Below are positions 31,403 through 32,000 of a stretch of 32,000 nucleotides of DNA, piece by piece. Below the pieces are notes generated by a model. It did no database searches. It was not told the origin of the DNA and worked only from the letters and a program-made list of their open reading frames with translations. This DNA comes from Escherichia coli (GTDB lineage Bacteria > Pseudomonadota > Gammaproteobacteria > Enterobacterales > Enterobacteriaceae), in the NCBI RefSeq assembly GCF_018884365.1, contig NZ_CP035836.1; one strand, written 5' to 3'. How positions within the stretch are numbered: position 1 is the stretch's first letter; each line of letters opens with the position of its first letter. The translations under genes and the position numbers were made by a program.

Positions 31403-32000
31403 GGACAAGCTCCTGTTGCGCGGCTTTCGCTTTGCGGCGTAACCACAATCCTTTCAGGACGATAATGAATGAAATGTTCAGCGCGAGGCCAATCGCCAGC
31501 ACCAGATAAAACGAACCCACCGGCGACATCAGGCCGATCAGCGGGTCAAAGATACCCAAACCAGGTGCCAGACGTTTGATTCCGAAAGCGATCACCAGCA
31601 CGCCGGTAATGCCACCCGCCAGCGTATTGGCGGTAATCATCGGCAACGGAGCTGCCAGAGCGTAAGGTATAGCCGGTTCGGTTGCGACTGTGGCACCGAC
31701 CACAATGGCACTACTGGCAGCCTCTTTTTCCTGTCGGGTAAACAGTTTGGGCGCAATGAACGTCGCAAGACCCGCCGCAACGGGCGGCATCAACGCGACA
31801 ACGCCGACGATGGCGTACCAGTCATAAATGTGTTTTTCCAGCAGTGAGAAGCAGAAGAACCAGGCGGTTTTATTGATGGGGCCGCCCATATCGAACGCCA
31901 GCATCGCACCGACCAGAAACGCTGCCGCAAACTTCATTGATGGAGGAATGGTATTCAGGAAGTGGAGCAGCCCGCCCATGAGGTCGGACATCACCGGCCC
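31392..32000 (-). CDS. frvB: PTS fructose-like EIIBC component, C-terminal part (5'-truncated by window end)
   Basis: The frame is still open at 32000 (codons upstream of the listed M at 31994 are GTG and CCG). Sequence GGPINKTAWFFCFSLLEKHIYDWYAIVGVVALMPPVAAGLAT... is EIIC-like. Its 3' end overlaps the frvX start. Confidence 0.92.
   Translation of the reverse strand, partial: GPVMSDLMGGLLHFLNTIPPSMKFAAAFLVGAMLAFDMGGPINKTAWFFCFSLLEKHIYDWYAIVGVVALMPPVAAGLATFIAPKLFTRQEKEAASSAIVVGATVATEPAIPYALAAPLPMITANTLAGGITGVLVIAFGIKRLAPGLGIFDPLIGLMSPVGSFYLVLAIGLALNISFIIVLKGLWLRRKAKAAQQELVHEH

Overview
This window is ordinary enterobacterial core chromosome. From the encoded proteins it is almost certainly Escherichia coli, or a very close relative, running from the typA (bipA) 3' end to the frv PTS genes. 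No phage, transposon, CRISPR array or obvious defence island is visible. Order: typA(3')-yihL-yihM-yihN | ompL-yihO-yihP-yihQ-yihR-yihS-yihT-yihU | yihV-yihW (the known sulfoquinovose catabolic locus) | yihX-yihY-dtd-fabY(yiiD) | small-ORF/yiiE/yiiF region | fdhE-fdoI-fdoH-fdoG (formate dehydrogenase-O, with an in-frame selenocysteine UGA) | fdhD | yiiG | frvR-frvX-frvB(partial). I did not find a clear new multi-gene system. The items worth a second look are: (1) an unlisted 35-codon ORF at 19326-19433 with a near-perfect Shine-Dalgarno and an 8-bp inverted repeat directly after its stop; (2) two tandem RHH/CopG-like regulator genes, yiiE and yiiF, that share a duplicated ~48-nt upstream block, with yiiF overlapping (TAATG) a short downstream ORF that runs into REP sequence, as if a toxin-like partner had been lost; (3) shared upstream motifs and palindromes in the uncharacterised yihLMN cluster; (4) a G-to-D-type residue in the PfkB signature of YihV; (5) a repeated TGTCACTTTTTGT motif in the yihU/yihV spacer and inside the yihV 3' end ahead of yihW.
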